A stretch of DNA of 64,000 bases from Candidatus Pelearchaeum maunauluense (GTDB taxonomy: Archaea; Thermoproteota; Nitrososphaeria_A; Caldarchaeales; Caldarchaeaceae): NCBI GenBank assembly GCA_030059675.1, contig JANVYQ010000001.1, positions 96,001-160,000 of the forward strand. The letters run 5' to 3'. Below the pieces are notes generated by a model. That model was not told where the DNA came from and searched no databases. It saw only the letters and a program-made list of their open reading frames with translations. The position numbers and the translations under genes are program-made. Numbering within the stretch: the first letter of the stretch is position 1; every line of letters begins with the position of its first letter. This document shows positions 36,889 to 47,455 of the stretch, piece after piece.

Positions 36889-38466
36889 TTAGGCCGCCTC
36901 GACTATGCGTGTTATCGTCCCTATTCCTTTTGTCTTCCCTTCGCGGAATACGAATCTATCCCCCTCGCGTATATACCAGGGGCGGTACTTGAAGGTCATC
37001 TCAACTTTCCCCGTCTCTCCTGCCTTGAGGTATTCCTTGTCTAGGAGGGTTAGTTTTACGGTTGATGATATTGTGTGGCAGTGTAGCACGGGTTCGTAGC
37101 CGTCGCGTATCCTTGTTGGGTGTGTCAGCACCATTATATCTGCTTCAAACCTCCTCACCGCTCTGGGGTTTAGCGAGGAGTCGCAGAGTATCATGCCGCG
37201 GTGGAGCATATCATGCTTCACGCCCCTTACAGCTACGCCGATTATGTAGCCAGCCTCCGCTTCCGTGATTCTGGCGTAGTGCATCTCTATGCTACGCGCC
37301 TTCACCTGCCTGAACCTCCCCTTCTCGTCTGGGCCTATGAGGAGGTCGCTTCCAGCTATGAGCCTCCCCTGCTTCACCGAGCCCGAGACGACGCTGCCCA
37401 CACCCTCAACATTATACACCCTATCAACATACAGTAGGAAAGGCTCGTTTACTGGTTTCTGTCTGCTGGGTAGCGAGCCGAGGAGCGCGTATAGCTTCTC
37501 GTATCCCTCCAGCCTGGGCGCTGCTGTCCTGATTATGGGGACAACTACTGAGAGCTTGTCGCGGACAACGTCTATGTCTTCCTCTGATGTTATTCGGTAG
37601 GGGACTCTCCCAACCCTCTTGAGGAGGGATGATACGCTCTCCTCCACCTCATCAAGCCTCTCGCCGCTCACCTTATCCGCCTTCGTTATGCATACTATCA
37701 CTGGGAGCTTCATGGCCAGCATTATTCCCAGATGCTCCCGCGTAATGTGCGTCGGGCCGTCATCCGCCGCTACCACGAGGATTCCATAGTCTATGTCCTG
37801 TCCCAGGATTCCGCGTATTGTTGTCCTGAGCCAGGGCTCGTGGCCTACTGTGTCTATGAAGCTTACCAGCTTCTCCGCCTCCAGGGCGATTTTGCTCCGC
37901 TCATTCCTGTCTAGCGGGTTGGAGATTAGGCAGGGCTTGCTCTCCTTAAACCCGAGGAGGGCGAAGTGCACGTCTGCCGAGAGATTTCGCTCAATCTCGT
38001 GGGGCAGTGTGTCTAGGTAGAGCCACTTCTTACCATCATCGGGCTGTCCCGTCATGAGACAGGCGAGGAGCGTGGATTTTCCATGATTCACATGCCCCGC
38101 CACAGCTACTATGATATGATTCTGTATCGCGGGGGCGTAGCTGGAGATTATCACACGGCCGATTATCTTGGAATCCTCTTGGAAGCGCTCTACCCGCTCT
38201 ATAACAGCGCCGCACTCTGCCGCTACGGCGCGCAGAACGTTAAGGCTCTCCTCAAACTCTATCTCGGAAAGCCCCACAGCCTGGCCCTCGTCGCTCACAC
38301 CTAGTATATAGACGGCCTTCCCACCGCCCTGGGCTAGGCGATACTTCATCTGACTAGCCAGGTGCTGCTTCTTCTCATGCTTTAGATGTATGCTTGAGAT
38401 GAGACGCTCCTTAAACTCTATGTGCTTATCCTCTCCGTGTGGGAGGCTGAGCCTCAGCTTTAACAC
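36889..38466 (-). CDS. GTPBP1-like translational GTPase
   Basis: AGHVNHGKST, DTVGHEPWLRTT, TKAD, FREGKTKGIG; N-terminal IEFKE domain. Confidence 0.9.
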   Translation of the reverse strand: MLKLRLSLPHGEDKHIEFKERLISSIHLKHEKKQHLASQMKYRLAQGGGKAVYILGVSDEGQAVGLSEIEFEESLNVLRAVAAECGAVIERVERFQEDSKIIGRVIISSYAPAIQNHIIVAVAGHVNHGKSTLLACLMTGQPDDGKKWLYLDTLPHEIERNLSADVHFALLGFKESKPCLISNPLDRNERSKIALEAEKLVSFIDTVGHEPWLRTTIRGILGQDIDYGILVVAADDGPTHITREHLGIMLAMKLPVIVCITKADKVSGERLDEVEESVSSLLKRVGRVPYRITSEEDIDVVRDKLSVVVPIIRTAAPRLEGYEKLYALLGSLPSRQKPVNEPFLLYVDRVYNVEGVGSVVSGSVKQGRLIAGSDLLIGPDEKGRFRQVKARSIEMHYARITEAEAGYIIGVAVRGVKHDMLHRGMILCDSSLNPRAVRRFEADIMVLTHPTRIRDGYEPVLHCHTISSTVKLTLLDKEYLKAGETGKVEMTFKYRPWYIREGDRFVFREGKTKGIGTITRIVEAA

Positions 38467-38512
38467 CTACGGGCCTTTCGCATCAGGCAGCTCTCCACAC
38501 AGATATATAGGC

Positions 38513-38746
38513 TTAGCTTGAGACCACTATGAGCGAGGTTATTGAGGTTACGTTGTAGAGCCTCTTGACGCGGCGGTTTACAACCTCCTTGAGCTTCTCC
38601 ATGCTGTCTGCCTCAACCTTGACGACCGCGTCATACACGCCAAAGACGCGGCGCGCCTCCCTAACTTCGGGGATTGAGGCGAGCTCCTTCAATACCTCAT
38701 CCTCGTGGCCTGGCTTGACATTAAGCAGAAGGAATGCGAGCGCCAT
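38513..38746 (-). CDS. Stand-alone Lrp/AsnC RAM domain protein
   Basis: AFLLLNV.PG.E, VFGVYDAVVKV. Confidence 0.85.
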   Translation of the reverse strand: MALAFLLLNVKPGHEDEVLKELASIPEVREARRVFGVYDAVVKVEADSMEKLKEVVNRRVKRLYNVTSITSLIVVSS

Positions 38747-38945
38747 TTGTATTGACGTTATGATAGCCGATATATAAACGGGAATCTAATCCCTTTCGGC
38801 CAGGGCGGCAAAGCCTTACTATATTTTAATAATAAAGCGATGTTTTAAGAAAGAAAACTTTTACTTCGCTAACGTGGTAGGTTTAAAGCCCTTTTTCAGC
38901 ATCCTCATTAGCAGCCATAGTACATGAAGAGGGTTTTGGGAGGCT

Positions 38946-40595
38946 ATGGCGTCGCTGGGGGAGAGGCTTAGGCAGCTTGGGGTGGTGCGGTCTTCAACCC
39001 ACTCCCCGCCCTACATGATGCACAAGTTCTGGGCGCGCCGCCCCTGGCTGGTGTTCCGCAGGCTAATCACGACATTCACCCGCGAGGGGGATATTATCCT
39101 AGACCCGTTCGCGGGTGGTGGTGTTACGTTGGTTGAGGGGCTCATAACGCGCCGCCGCGTTGTGGCCGCTGATATTAACCCCCTCGCGGTGTTCATCATG
39201 AGGCATGAAGCCAAGCCCCTTGACCTGTCTTCCTTCTCCTCAGCCCTCGCGTGGCTGGAGAGGGAGCTGGGCAACACGATGCGGGACATCTATTCCGCCT
39301 CATGCCCCAGATGCGGCGCTAGGGCAGAGGTGGAGTGGGGCGAATACTCAAGCCAAGACGACAGGCTACTCACACTCAAGCTGGAATGCCCCCTCTGCGG
39401 GTATAGGGGAGTGAAAGAACCATCCGAGAATGACTTAAGCCAAAAAACCACACCCACCAGCTATAGGGTGGTTAGCATACCTCTAGGAGAGAAGACGCGC
39501 GACCTGCTTAGACGCGGCTATAGATACTTCCACGAGCTATTCACACAGCGCAACCTTGCTGCGCTCTTACTTCTCCGCGAAGCTATTGAGCGATGCCCAA
39601 CCGATGAGGAAACTAGAAGCTTCCTCCTATTTGCCTTCAGCAGCACGCTGAAGTGGGCTAGTAAGATGAGCCATAGGAGGGGCGGGATAATAGAGGGCTG
39701 GGCCATGCATGCCTACTGGATATACCCTAGGTATCTGGAGATTAATGTGTGGCGTCAGTTCCTTAACAGGGCTAGAGCTATTGCGAGGGGTAAGAGATAC
39801 ACCAACGAGCATATAGGGGGCTATGCTGTTGAGGCGGGTAGCTTCGGCCAGCTACTCAAGGGAGAGGCCAGCTTTATGGTTCTCAACATGGATGCGCGTA
39901 ATCTACCCATACCCGACCACAGCGTTGATGCCGTGATAACAGACCCGCCATATGGCGGGAACGTGAATTACGCAGAGCTCTCCGACTACTTCCTCTGGTG
40001 GGAAGGCGAGCTATCTCCAAAGAATGGAGAGGTCATAGTTAATGAGACCCGCGGCCTCTCGCTGATGGACTACTCAGAAGGGCTACGCGAGGTCTTCGCC
40101 GAGTGCTGGAGAGTGCTCAAGGACGGAGCACCACTCATCTCAACATTCAACAGCAAGGACATGCGCATAGTAGCTGCGTTCACCTCGGCCCTACGCGGAG
40201 CGGGATTCAGATACATAACAGTATCACAGCAACCCTATCTCAAGGTCTATGAAACAACATTCCACGCCATGCAGGTTGACGCCATGCCCTTTGACTTCAT
40301 CTTCCTCTACCAGAAGGATGTGCGTGGAGAGTTTGACGATGCTAGCCCCCGTGATACCGACGTTATCATTGAGTGGCTCTACGGCGAGCTGGCGTGGTGT
40401 AAGCGGAGAAAGCTGACGGAGCGCGATTACAGGATGCGCACATACCCACGCCTAATCCCTGCGATAAGCTGTCTTGATGCGCGCGATGCTATAGCGCTTG
40501 CCGAGGATTATGAGAGGATGATAAAGGAGGAGCGGGGCTACTTCACCAGCGTTAGGCGTAGGGTGGTGGAGAGGCGGAGAAAGTCCTCCACGTAG
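38946..40595 (+). CDS. Amino-DNA methyltransferase with zinc ribbon
   Basis: HKFWARRP, LDPFAGGG, CPRC/CPLC, TDPPY. Confidence 0.88.
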   Translation: MASLGERLRQLGVVRSSTHSPPYMMHKFWARRPWLVFRRLITTFTREGDIILDPFAGGGVTLVEGLITRRRVVAADINPLAVFIMRHEAKPLDLSSFSSALAWLERELGNTMRDIYSASCPRCGARAEVEWGEYSSQDDRLLTLKLECPLCGYRGVKEPSENDLSQKTTPTSYRVVSIPLGEKTRDLLRRGYRYFHELFTQRNLAALLLLREAIERCPTDEETRSFLLFAFSSTLKWASKMSHRRGGIIEGWAMHAYWIYPRYLEINVWRQFLNRARAIARGKRYTNEHIGGYAVEAGSFGQLLKGEASFMVLNMDARNLPIPDHSVDAVITDPPYGGNVNYAELSDYFLWWEGELSPKNGEVIVNETRGLSLMDYSEGLREVFAECWRVLKDGAPLISTFNSKDMRIVAAFTSALRGAGFRYITVSQQPYLKVYETTFHAMQVDAMPFDFIFLYQKDVRGEFDDASPRDTDVIIEWLYGELAWCKRRKLTERDYRMRTYPRLIPAISCLDARDAIALAEDYERMIKEERGYFTSVRRRVVERRRKSST

Positions 40596-40646
40596 CCCCA
40601 GACGCGGTAATGATAATATTATGGCCGTAGCCTGCTGGGGGCTGTC

Positions 40647-42080
40647 ATGATTGAGCGCGCAGAGATGCAGGAGATAGCCAAACGCTACCGCGAGCCTGTG
40701 GAGCTAATACTGGGCTCACACTCAGCGCTTGACGCGCGTTCAGGAGCGCGAAACTACGGGCTACGCTCAATAATATACACGACACGCGGCAGGGCGATAA
40801 TCTACCTCCAGAACATAATCGTGGGCAAGCCGCGTGAGGAGCTGGAAGACATCCCAGAAATATGCAGGCGCGACGTAGCGGTATGCGAAGACCCCGCAGA
40901 CCTAAAGCGCAGGAAGGAATGGAGCCTCGCAATCCTAGTTCTGGACAGGTATGACGAGATTCTCAAATACGTTGACGAGCTGGTTGAGCTGGAGTGCGTG
41001 CAAGTCCCCAACAGGGCGTTCTCCGTCTACGTTGGGGGAGATGAGCGATGCAGCCTGATAGAGGAGAGATTCGCCGTCCCCATACTGGGCTCTAGGAAGC
41101 TCCTAAAAGTGGAGAACAGGGGGGAGATTGAGCGGGATTACTACTGGTTTGCCGAGAAGGCTGGGATACCCACGCCCAAGAAGTATAGCTTCGAGGTCTC
41201 TGGCAGGGGTATTAGGTTCCGCGAGCCCATGGATGAGCCTATGCTGCTGAAGGCCGAACACGCCAAGAGGGAGTTTGAGCGCGTCTTCATCTTCGCGGCG
41301 GACTCTGAAGACCTTGAGGAGAAGGTGGAGAAGGAGGTTGAGGCAGGCAACCTGGGCAGGGAGCAGCTTGAGAACGCGCGGGTTGAGCAGATAGTCCTAG
41401 GCCCCCACGCCAACTTCAACTTCTTCTACTCACCGCTCAACGCAGGCGAGGAATGGGGAGACGTTGACGACGCACTAGCAAGGCTACACGGCCTAACGAT
41501 AGAACAAGCAAGGAAATGCCTAGCCAACGAGCTCCTCTCAATAGACGAGAGGCGCGAGAGCATACTAGACGGCCTAACGCGGATGCCGCTCTCGGTGAGG
41601 AGGAAGATAGAAGAGAAGACCATACCCTCGTTTGAGGTAACGCTCCACTCCATGGTTAGTATGCGCGAGTCCCTGCTTAAGGACGTGCTCAAGTGCGCTG
41701 ACGCGCTACTTCTAACGCTCGCGGAGCATGAGGAGCCTGGGATAATAGGGGCATGGTGCTTGCAGACCATAATAACATGGGATAAGGCAAGCAAATACGG
41801 CTACACACCCACAACCAAGCTAATATACACAACAACAGGCGAAGCAGCAAGGCCAGAGGACTACGGACTATACGACGCACCCACACAAGAAGTGGTGATG
41901 CACATAACAGTAACCCAAGACGTGGCACTACGCCACGGCGGCGGAACAAACGTTCACATGGGAATAGGAGCACAATACGCCAATGCCAGATACCAACACC
42001 AAATGAGCACAGGCGATAGGATAGCATTAGAGATCAAGAGGGCCATGAAATATAAAAGACTTGACGAATTAGTTACTTGA
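40647..42080 (+). CDS. PurP-like (DUF1246/DUF1297) ATP-grasp protein
   Basis: GSHSALD, PNRAFSVY, SMRESLL, GIIGAWCLQ, GGGTN, TGDRIALEIK. Confidence 0.8.
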   Translation: MIERAEMQEIAKRYREPVELILGSHSALDARSGARNYGLRSIIYTTRGRAIIYLQNIIVGKPREELEDIPEICRRDVAVCEDPADLKRRKEWSLAILVLDRYDEILKYVDELVELECVQVPNRAFSVYVGGDERCSLIEERFAVPILGSRKLLKVENRGEIERDYYWFAEKAGIPTPKKYSFEVSGRGIRFREPMDEPMLLKAEHAKREFERVFIFAADSEDLEEKVEKEVEAGNLGREQLENARVEQIVLGPHANFNFFYSPLNAGEEWGDVDDALARLHGLTIEQARKCLANELLSIDERRESILDGLTRMPLSVRRKIEEKTIPSFEVTLHSMVSMRESLLKDVLKCADALLLTLAEHEEPGIIGAWCLQTIITWDKASKYGYTPTTKLIYTTTGEAARPEDYGLYDAPTQEVVMHITVTQDVALRHGGGTNVHMGIGAQYANARYQHQMSTGDRIALEIKRAMKYKRLDELVT

Positions 42081-42274
42081 TTTCTTCGCAAAAATACATC
42101 GATAATTACTTCCTTTAATTAATCTAAATCCACGCGACTCTAACCATTCTTTCCCACGAAGATAGTTTTGCTTATTATGAAACTCTATCAATACGATTTT
42201 AACTAGATTATTGAGCAACGTTTCACTTCCTTTTAGAACTTCAAACTGGTAGATTCTAGCACTATAGAAGGTGC

Positions 42275-42622
42275 TTGAAGATATCTGAGTTTGACGCTGT
42301 TGTTGAGAGCGCTGGGCGTAGGCTTGCTTACTTGAATAACTGGAGGGAGGCCGCTGGTAAAATTCGCGAGATTGTTATGGAGTTTTATCCAGATGCGCGT
42401 GTCTTTGTTTTTGGTTCTGTTTTGAGCGGCAGGATCACCGCGGCCAGCGATATTGATTTGCTGGTGATACGTGGGGAGGATGCGCGTAGGGTTGACTCGC
42501 TGGTAAGGGCTGAGGCTTGGCGCCGCATGCCGTATTGCCCAGCCCCGCTACACTTCGCGACCGAGCGGGAGTTTAGCCGTTGGTATATGCGTTTCATAGA
42601 CAAATTTGTGGAGGTGGTGTAG
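42275..42622 (+). CDS. Orphan MNT nucleotidyltransferase
   Basis: VFVFGSVLSG..ASDIDLLVI. Confidence 0.8.
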   Translation: MKISEFDAVVESAGRRLAYLNNWREAAGKIREIVMEFYPDARVFVFGSVLSGRITAASDIDLLVIRGEDARRVDSLVRAEAWRRMPYCPAPLHFATEREFSRWYMRFIDKFVEVV

Positions 42623-42624
42623 TT

Positions 42625-42966
42625 TTATTTCAGCGCTTTGCGGCCGCGTTCTCCTGTCCGTATTCTAACAGCATCCTCCACGTGGAGGATTATTATCTTC
42701 CCGTCTCCAATCTCACCAGTCTTGGACGATTCCTTGATTGTCTCCAGAACACGCTCAACCTCATCATCCTCTACTATGACCTCAAGCTTCAGCTTTGGTA
42801 GCATGTCTATACGATATTCATGGCCCCTCACTATCCAGCTAATCCCCTCCTGCAGCCCCCTTCCCCTGACCTCGTAGACTGTTAGGCCTCCGCAGCCTAT
42901 GCTTTTCAGCGCTTTCTTCACATCGTCAAGCTTTTCGGGCCGTATTATTGCTTGGATTAGCTTCAC
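42625..42966 (-). CDS. glnK: PII nitrogen regulatory protein
   Basis: AIIRPEKL, GRGLQ, TGEIGDGKI, RIRTGE; next to amt. Confidence 0.95.
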   Translation of the reverse strand: MKLIQAIIRPEKLDDVKKALKSIGCGGLTVYEVRGRGLQEGISWIVRGHEYRIDMLPKLKLEVIVEDDEVERVLETIKESSKTGEIGDGKIIILHVEDAVRIRTGERGRKALK

Positions 42967-42981
42967 CGACGCATCACCTCT

Positions 42982-44202
42982 CTAGGAGTATGCTGTCTCC
43001 GCGTGCTGTGTGAGGTCTAGGCCCATCATCTCCTCGCGCGGCGTTACCCTAAGCCCGACAGTCTTGTCCAGTAGCTTGAGTATGGCTAGCGTTGCTGTGA
43101 AGGAGTATGCCCATGTTACCCCGACGGCGGTGAGCTGAACTAGAACCTGTGCGGCGTTGCCGTAGAGCGCTCCAGCAGCCCCTCCCACCGCTGGGTCGGC
43201 GAATATTCCCGTAGCTATCGCGCCCCAGGTTCCGCCTATGCCGTGTATCCCCCAAACGTCCAGCGAGTCGTCAATCTTCAGCCTTGAGCGGAGCATTACT
43301 GCCAGGTAGCAGAGAACGCCTGCTCCGAAGCCTATCGTGAGCGCGCCCAGCACGTTTACGAAGCCTGCCGCTGGGGTTATGGCTACAAGCCCAGCTATGG
43401 CACCGCTGGCCGTGCCTATTATGCTCGCCCTCCCGCGGTGGAGCCAGCTCATCACCATCCACGCCAACGCTGCTGCGCTTGCGGCTGTGTTGGTCGTAAC
43501 GAACGCCGCGGTAGCCTGCATCCCCGCGCTCAGCGCGCTCCCAGCGTTGAAGCCGAACCAGCCAAACCAGAGGAGAACGGCTCCAAGAACAACGTATGTT
43601 ACGTTGCTGGGCTCCATGCTCGTGGTCCCGTATCCCAGTCTCCTGCCCAGCACTAGGGCAGTAGCGAGTGCTGCGACGCCTGAGTTTATATGAACAACCG
43701 TCCCGCCCGCAAAATCTAACGCGCCCAGGTTGCTTAGCCAGCCTCCAGAAGCCCAGACCCAGTGGGCTATGAGGTCGTAGACGAATTTGGCCCAGAGTAT
43801 TATGAAGAGGAGGAGGGCGCCAAACCTTATGCGCTCAACCACGGCTCCTATTATGAGGGCTGGAGTGATTATCGCGAACATTCCCTGGAATATCATGAAT
43901 GCTTGGTGTGGTATGGTCTCTGCGTAGTCTGGGTTTGGCTCCAGTCCCACGCCGTTTAGGCCCAGCCACTCAAGACCGCCTATAAGCCCCATCTTGTCTG
44001 GGCCGAAGGCTAGCGAGTATCCCCAGAGAACCCACTGGACGCTTACGAGAGCAACTGTAGCGAAGCAGGCCATTATCGTGTTGGCTAGGTTCTTGCGCCT
44101 CACTAGGCCGCCGTAGAAGAAGCCCAGAGCGGGGGTCATCAGTAGGACCAGCGCAGCCGAGAGAAGCACCCACGCTGTATTCCCAGCGTCAACCCCCGCC
44201 AT
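42982..44202 (-). CDS. amtB: Ammonium transporter
   Basis: FQGMFAIITPAL, DFAGGTVVH, WFGWFGFNAGS, HGIGG. Confidence 0.95.
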   Translation of the reverse strand: MAGVDAGNTAWVLLSAALVLLMTPALGFFYGGLVRRKNLANTIMACFATVALVSVQWVLWGYSLAFGPDKMGLIGGLEWLGLNGVGLEPNPDYAETIPHQAFMIFQGMFAIITPALIIGAVVERIRFGALLLFIILWAKFVYDLIAHWVWASGGWLSNLGALDFAGGTVVHINSGVAALATALVLGRRLGYGTTSMEPSNVTYVVLGAVLLWFGWFGFNAGSALSAGMQATAAFVTTNTAASAAALAWMVMSWLHRGRASIIGTASGAIAGLVAITPAAGFVNVLGALTIGFGAGVLCYLAVMLRSRLKIDDSLDVWGIHGIGGTWGAIATGIFADPAVGGAAGALYGNAAQVLVQLTAVGVTWAYSFTATLAILKLLDKTVGLRVTPREEMMGLDLTQHAETAYS

Positions 44203-44227
44203 GGGGCTAAAGCACCACTAAGCTAGC

Positions 44228-45706
44228 CTACACGTCAAAGTATAGGTAGAACTCGTATGGGTGTGGTCTTCCGCTTATCTCTATGAAGCAGCCCTCGGCC
44301 AGCTCTATGTGCGCGTCTATCAGGTCGTCTGACATGACTGGCTTGAGGAAATCCCTATCGCTCTGCAGGCTCTCTATCGCTTCTTTCAGGCTTCCTGGAA
44401 GCTCCTTAATGCCCAGCTCCCGCCTCTTCTCTGGCGTCAGCTTGTAGATGTTCTCGTCAACTGGATCTCCTGGGTCTATCTTACGCTTAACACCATCTAG
44501 GCCCGCCGCAAGCATGGAGGCGAAGCAGAGGTAGGGGTTTGCTGAGGGATCTGGCGTCCTGAACTCAACACGCTTCCTCTTGGAGGAGCCTGGCCCCTTC
44601 TGGTATACTGGGACCCTGACGTTGGCCGACCTGTTGGACCTGCTCCACGCTATGAAGATTGGCGCCTCATAGCCTGGGACCAGCCGTCTATATGAGTTTG
44701 TGGTAGGCGCCACTATTGCTGCAAGCGCTCTGCTGTGCTCCAGTAGGCCGCCTATGAAGTACCTGGCCGTCTGGCTTATCTCAGCATAGCTGTCTGCCTC
44801 GTCGTAGAAGAGGTTCTTCCCATCCTTCCAGAGGCTCACGTGGACGTGCATTCCTGAGCCGTTGTCCATGAAGATTGGCTTGGGCATGAAGGTGGCTATC
44901 ATGCCCATCTGCTTCGCTATGTTCCGCACCACGTACTTGTAGGTCTGGGCTTTGTCAGCCATCCTGGTCAGGGTGTCTAGTTTCATGTCTATCTCGCACT
45001 GGCCTGCTGTAGCTACCTCGTGGTGGTGCGCATCCACCTCAACGCCGAAGTAGTCCGTCAGGATGCGGCAGCATTCGTTTCGGAAGTCCATCAAAGTATC
45101 CTGCGGCGGTGCTGGGAAGTAGCCCTCTTTGAACCTGATTGGATAGTCTGTTCCATCACTATTCCACGCCGCCTCACGCGACTCTAGGGAGTATCCCTGC
45201 CCCTTGTAGGGCGAGGACACGTCCCACCGCACTTTATCAAAGACGAAGAACTCTATCTCAGGCCCCCAGTATGAGAGGTCAAAGCCCTGTTGCTTCAGAT
45301 ACTCCTCCGCGCGGTGCGCCGCCAGCCTGGGGTCGCGCGAAAACCTGCCGCCGCCAAACCCGCGGTAAACGTCGCATATCATCCGCGCTGTCTTTAAGTT
45401 GTCGCGGCTCCATGGGAGAACCGCGAACGTGGCTGGGTCTGGCCTTAGAAGCATGTCCGACTCGTATATCTCGGCGAAGCCGCGGATGGATGAGCCGTCC
45501 AGCTTCGGAACACCCTCGTCAAACGCCGCATCATCAAGATACTCGGTGGATATCGTAACGTGCTGAAGCTTCCCTGGTACGTCTGTGAATTGTAGGTCTA
45601 TGAACCTAATACCCTCCCGCTCAACTCTCTCCATTACCTGCTCTTTTGTTAGGCTCCAAGCCTTTCCACTTGTTGAGGCTGTTGCAACCACCATACTTCT
45701 TCTCAC
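44228..45706 (-). CDS. glnA: Glutamine synthetase type I
   Basis: DGSSI, HHEVA, PKPIFMDNGSGMH, NSYRRLVPGYEAP, EFRTPDP. Confidence 0.96.
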   Translation of the reverse strand: MRRSMVVATASTSGKAWSLTKEQVMERVEREGIRFIDLQFTDVPGKLQHVTISTEYLDDAAFDEGVPKLDGSSIRGFAEIYESDMLLRPDPATFAVLPWSRDNLKTARMICDVYRGFGGGRFSRDPRLAAHRAEEYLKQQGFDLSYWGPEIEFFVFDKVRWDVSSPYKGQGYSLESREAAWNSDGTDYPIRFKEGYFPAPPQDTLMDFRNECCRILTDYFGVEVDAHHHEVATAGQCEIDMKLDTLTRMADKAQTYKYVVRNIAKQMGMIATFMPKPIFMDNGSGMHVHVSLWKDGKNLFYDEADSYAEISQTARYFIGGLLEHSRALAAIVAPTTNSYRRLVPGYEAPIFIAWSRSNRSANVRVPVYQKGPGSSKRKRVEFRTPDPSANPYLCFASMLAAGLDGVKRKIDPGDPVDENIYKLTPEKRRELGIKELPGSLKEAIESLQSDRDFLKPVMSDDLIDAHIELAEGCFIEISGRPHPYEFYLYFDV

Positions 45707-45760
45707 CGCATTAACAAAGGCGCTCTAGTATTTTGACTGCTATATAACCTTTTGACAGGC

Positions 45761-45776
45761 ATGAAGACGTATTCAT
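45761..45776. promoter_or_regulatory. Palindrome ATGAA-N6-TTCAT upstream of the glnA TATA box
   Basis: Read directly; minus-strand TTATATA at 45741-45747. Confidence 0.45.
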
Positions 45777-45879
45777 ATTGTATGTGTTGTCTGTTTGCCG
45801 AGGTCTAACGTCAAATAAACAACATAATGTCTCTCTATAGGGCGATACGAGGCATTTTTATTAGACGGCTTTTAGAGGA

Positions 45880-46305
45880 ATGCCTGATATGCTCGTCAGA
45901 CTGCTCTCGTTCATCCTGCTCCTGACGGTCATACAGCTTGGGCAGGGAATGGCGATGTTTCTGGAGATTGCGCCTGTTGAGGAGGCTGTTCTACCGCACA
46001 TTACGTTAGGTGTTTTGACGTTTCTACTGCTCTTAGGAGCCACGTACTCCAGCCGCGTGTCTGGGCATCCAGCAGCGTCCGATATCACGTTTGCGGCGTT
46101 CCTATACCTCGTTCAGGGGGCTTTTGGCCTGACCAGCATGATGGGCGAGGCTACAAAGCTGGCGGGCGTCATACATCTTTACCTCTCGTTCTTCACCGTA
46201 GCCATGGTGGCTGCCACGGTGGTAATAGCGGCGAGTAAGACACCCAGCACAGAGCAGCGGCCGCCTGCTACTAGAGCTGTGCCGCAGCCCGCCGCGCGTA
46301 TCTAG
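45880..46305 (+). CDS. Small 4-TM membrane protein with His, similar to 24781-25128
   Basis: LPHITLG, VQGAFG, VIHLY. Confidence 0.6.
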   Translation: MPDMLVRLLSFILLLTVIQLGQGMAMFLEIAPVEEAVLPHITLGVLTFLLLLGATYSSRVSGHPAASDITFAAFLYLVQGAFGLTSMMGEATKLAGVIHLYLSFFTVAMVAATVVIAASKTPSTEQRPPATRAVPQPAARI

Positions 46306-46995
46306 CAGCACCATACAACGAGAGCGCAGCTATGGGCGTGTAGCCCAGCAAGACCGCGAGCCACATACCATTAGTAGCAGCTTCGGCGGCTCTAACCGAG
46401 GAGAGTATTAGGAACGCGGCAACCGCTGATGTTGATACCCTCTTAATACCGCCGCCCACTCCTTTATAGGCTGCGTATATCATCGTAGCCACCAGAAGCC
46501 ATCCCAGGAAGTTTGTTATTGGTACGCCGTAGAATTCTCCAGGCGGTAGCCACATCCAGAGGCGGCCTGAGAGTATGGGGTCTAGTATCACGTCCAGCAG
46601 GGTTAGCGTTGCCGCTGAGGCTGGTATCCATAGTCTTGGCCCAGCTACTGCGTTGCCTACCTGCATCGCGAGGTATGCTAGGGAAGACCAGAGGAGTGGA
46701 CTGCTATGGGAACTCCGCCGACCATAGCGTATCCCAGAGCGCCCTCCACATACTCGTACCTACCGAATGGGAAGCCTGTATGAACTCCCAAAACCTCCAT
46801 CGCGAGCCCTATCGCTATTGAGAACGCTATGTAGAGCGCAGCCTTTCTTAGGTGTGTTGCGGCGTGGATGAATACGATTAGCAGGAAGAGGTCTCCCACG
46901 ATTATGTGTAGCGGCATCATATCAGATGGGATTACCGAGCCAGCTAGAGTTAGGGCTATCAGGAGGGTGTCAAGAATCTTGTTCCAGCGACTCAT
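46271..46995 (-). pseudogene. CruF/DUF422 carotenoid-biosynthesis-like membrane protein, frameshifted at ~46700
   Basis: EVLGVHTGFPFGRYEY..GGVP in one frame; DVILDP..W..YGVPITNFLGW in the next. Confidence 0.8.
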
Positions 46996-47455
46996 GCCAG
47001 CTCACATACGCTATGTATGATGCGGCGAATATCCCCACGCCCAATATATGCGCGGCTGTGCAGAAGAGGCATAGGGCGTTGATTATGGCGAGCTCAACAT
47101 AGACCAGCGCGGCTATTCCGAGCAAGCCGATTATTGACCAGGCCAGAAGAGGCTTACGCGTCTTCTCTAAGCGTGTTGATAGTATTGAGAGTGTGAGCGC
47201 TGCCATGAACCACGCCAACCCGTATGCTGCTGTCGGTATTCCCATGAAGCTCGCGTAGGGGCTGAGGAGAACATCAACGCAAGTGATTCTGCTCCCGACC
47301 TCGCAGAACCCGCTGCTCAGAACCTGCTCAGAGTCTATGAGGTATGCCGAAACAGCTACCCCAGCAGCAGACATAGCCGCGGAGAGGATGTAGAGCCTCT
47401 TCCAGCTTTCCTCAGGAGGCGAGAGCCTGCTCAATAAGGCTCGCCAGCTTATCAT
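46970..47455 (-). CDS. Vitamin K epoxide reductase (VKOR) family protein
   Basis: C..C..V..SPYA..GIP; LCLFC. Confidence 0.88.
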   Translation of the reverse strand: MISWRALLSRLSPPEESWKRLYILSAAMSAAGVAVSAYLIDSEQVLSSGFCEVGSRITCVDVLLSPYASFMGIPTAAYGLAWFMAALTLSILSTRLEKTRKPLLAWSIIGLLGIAALVYVELAIINALCLFCTAAHILGVGIFAASYIAYVSWHESLEQDS

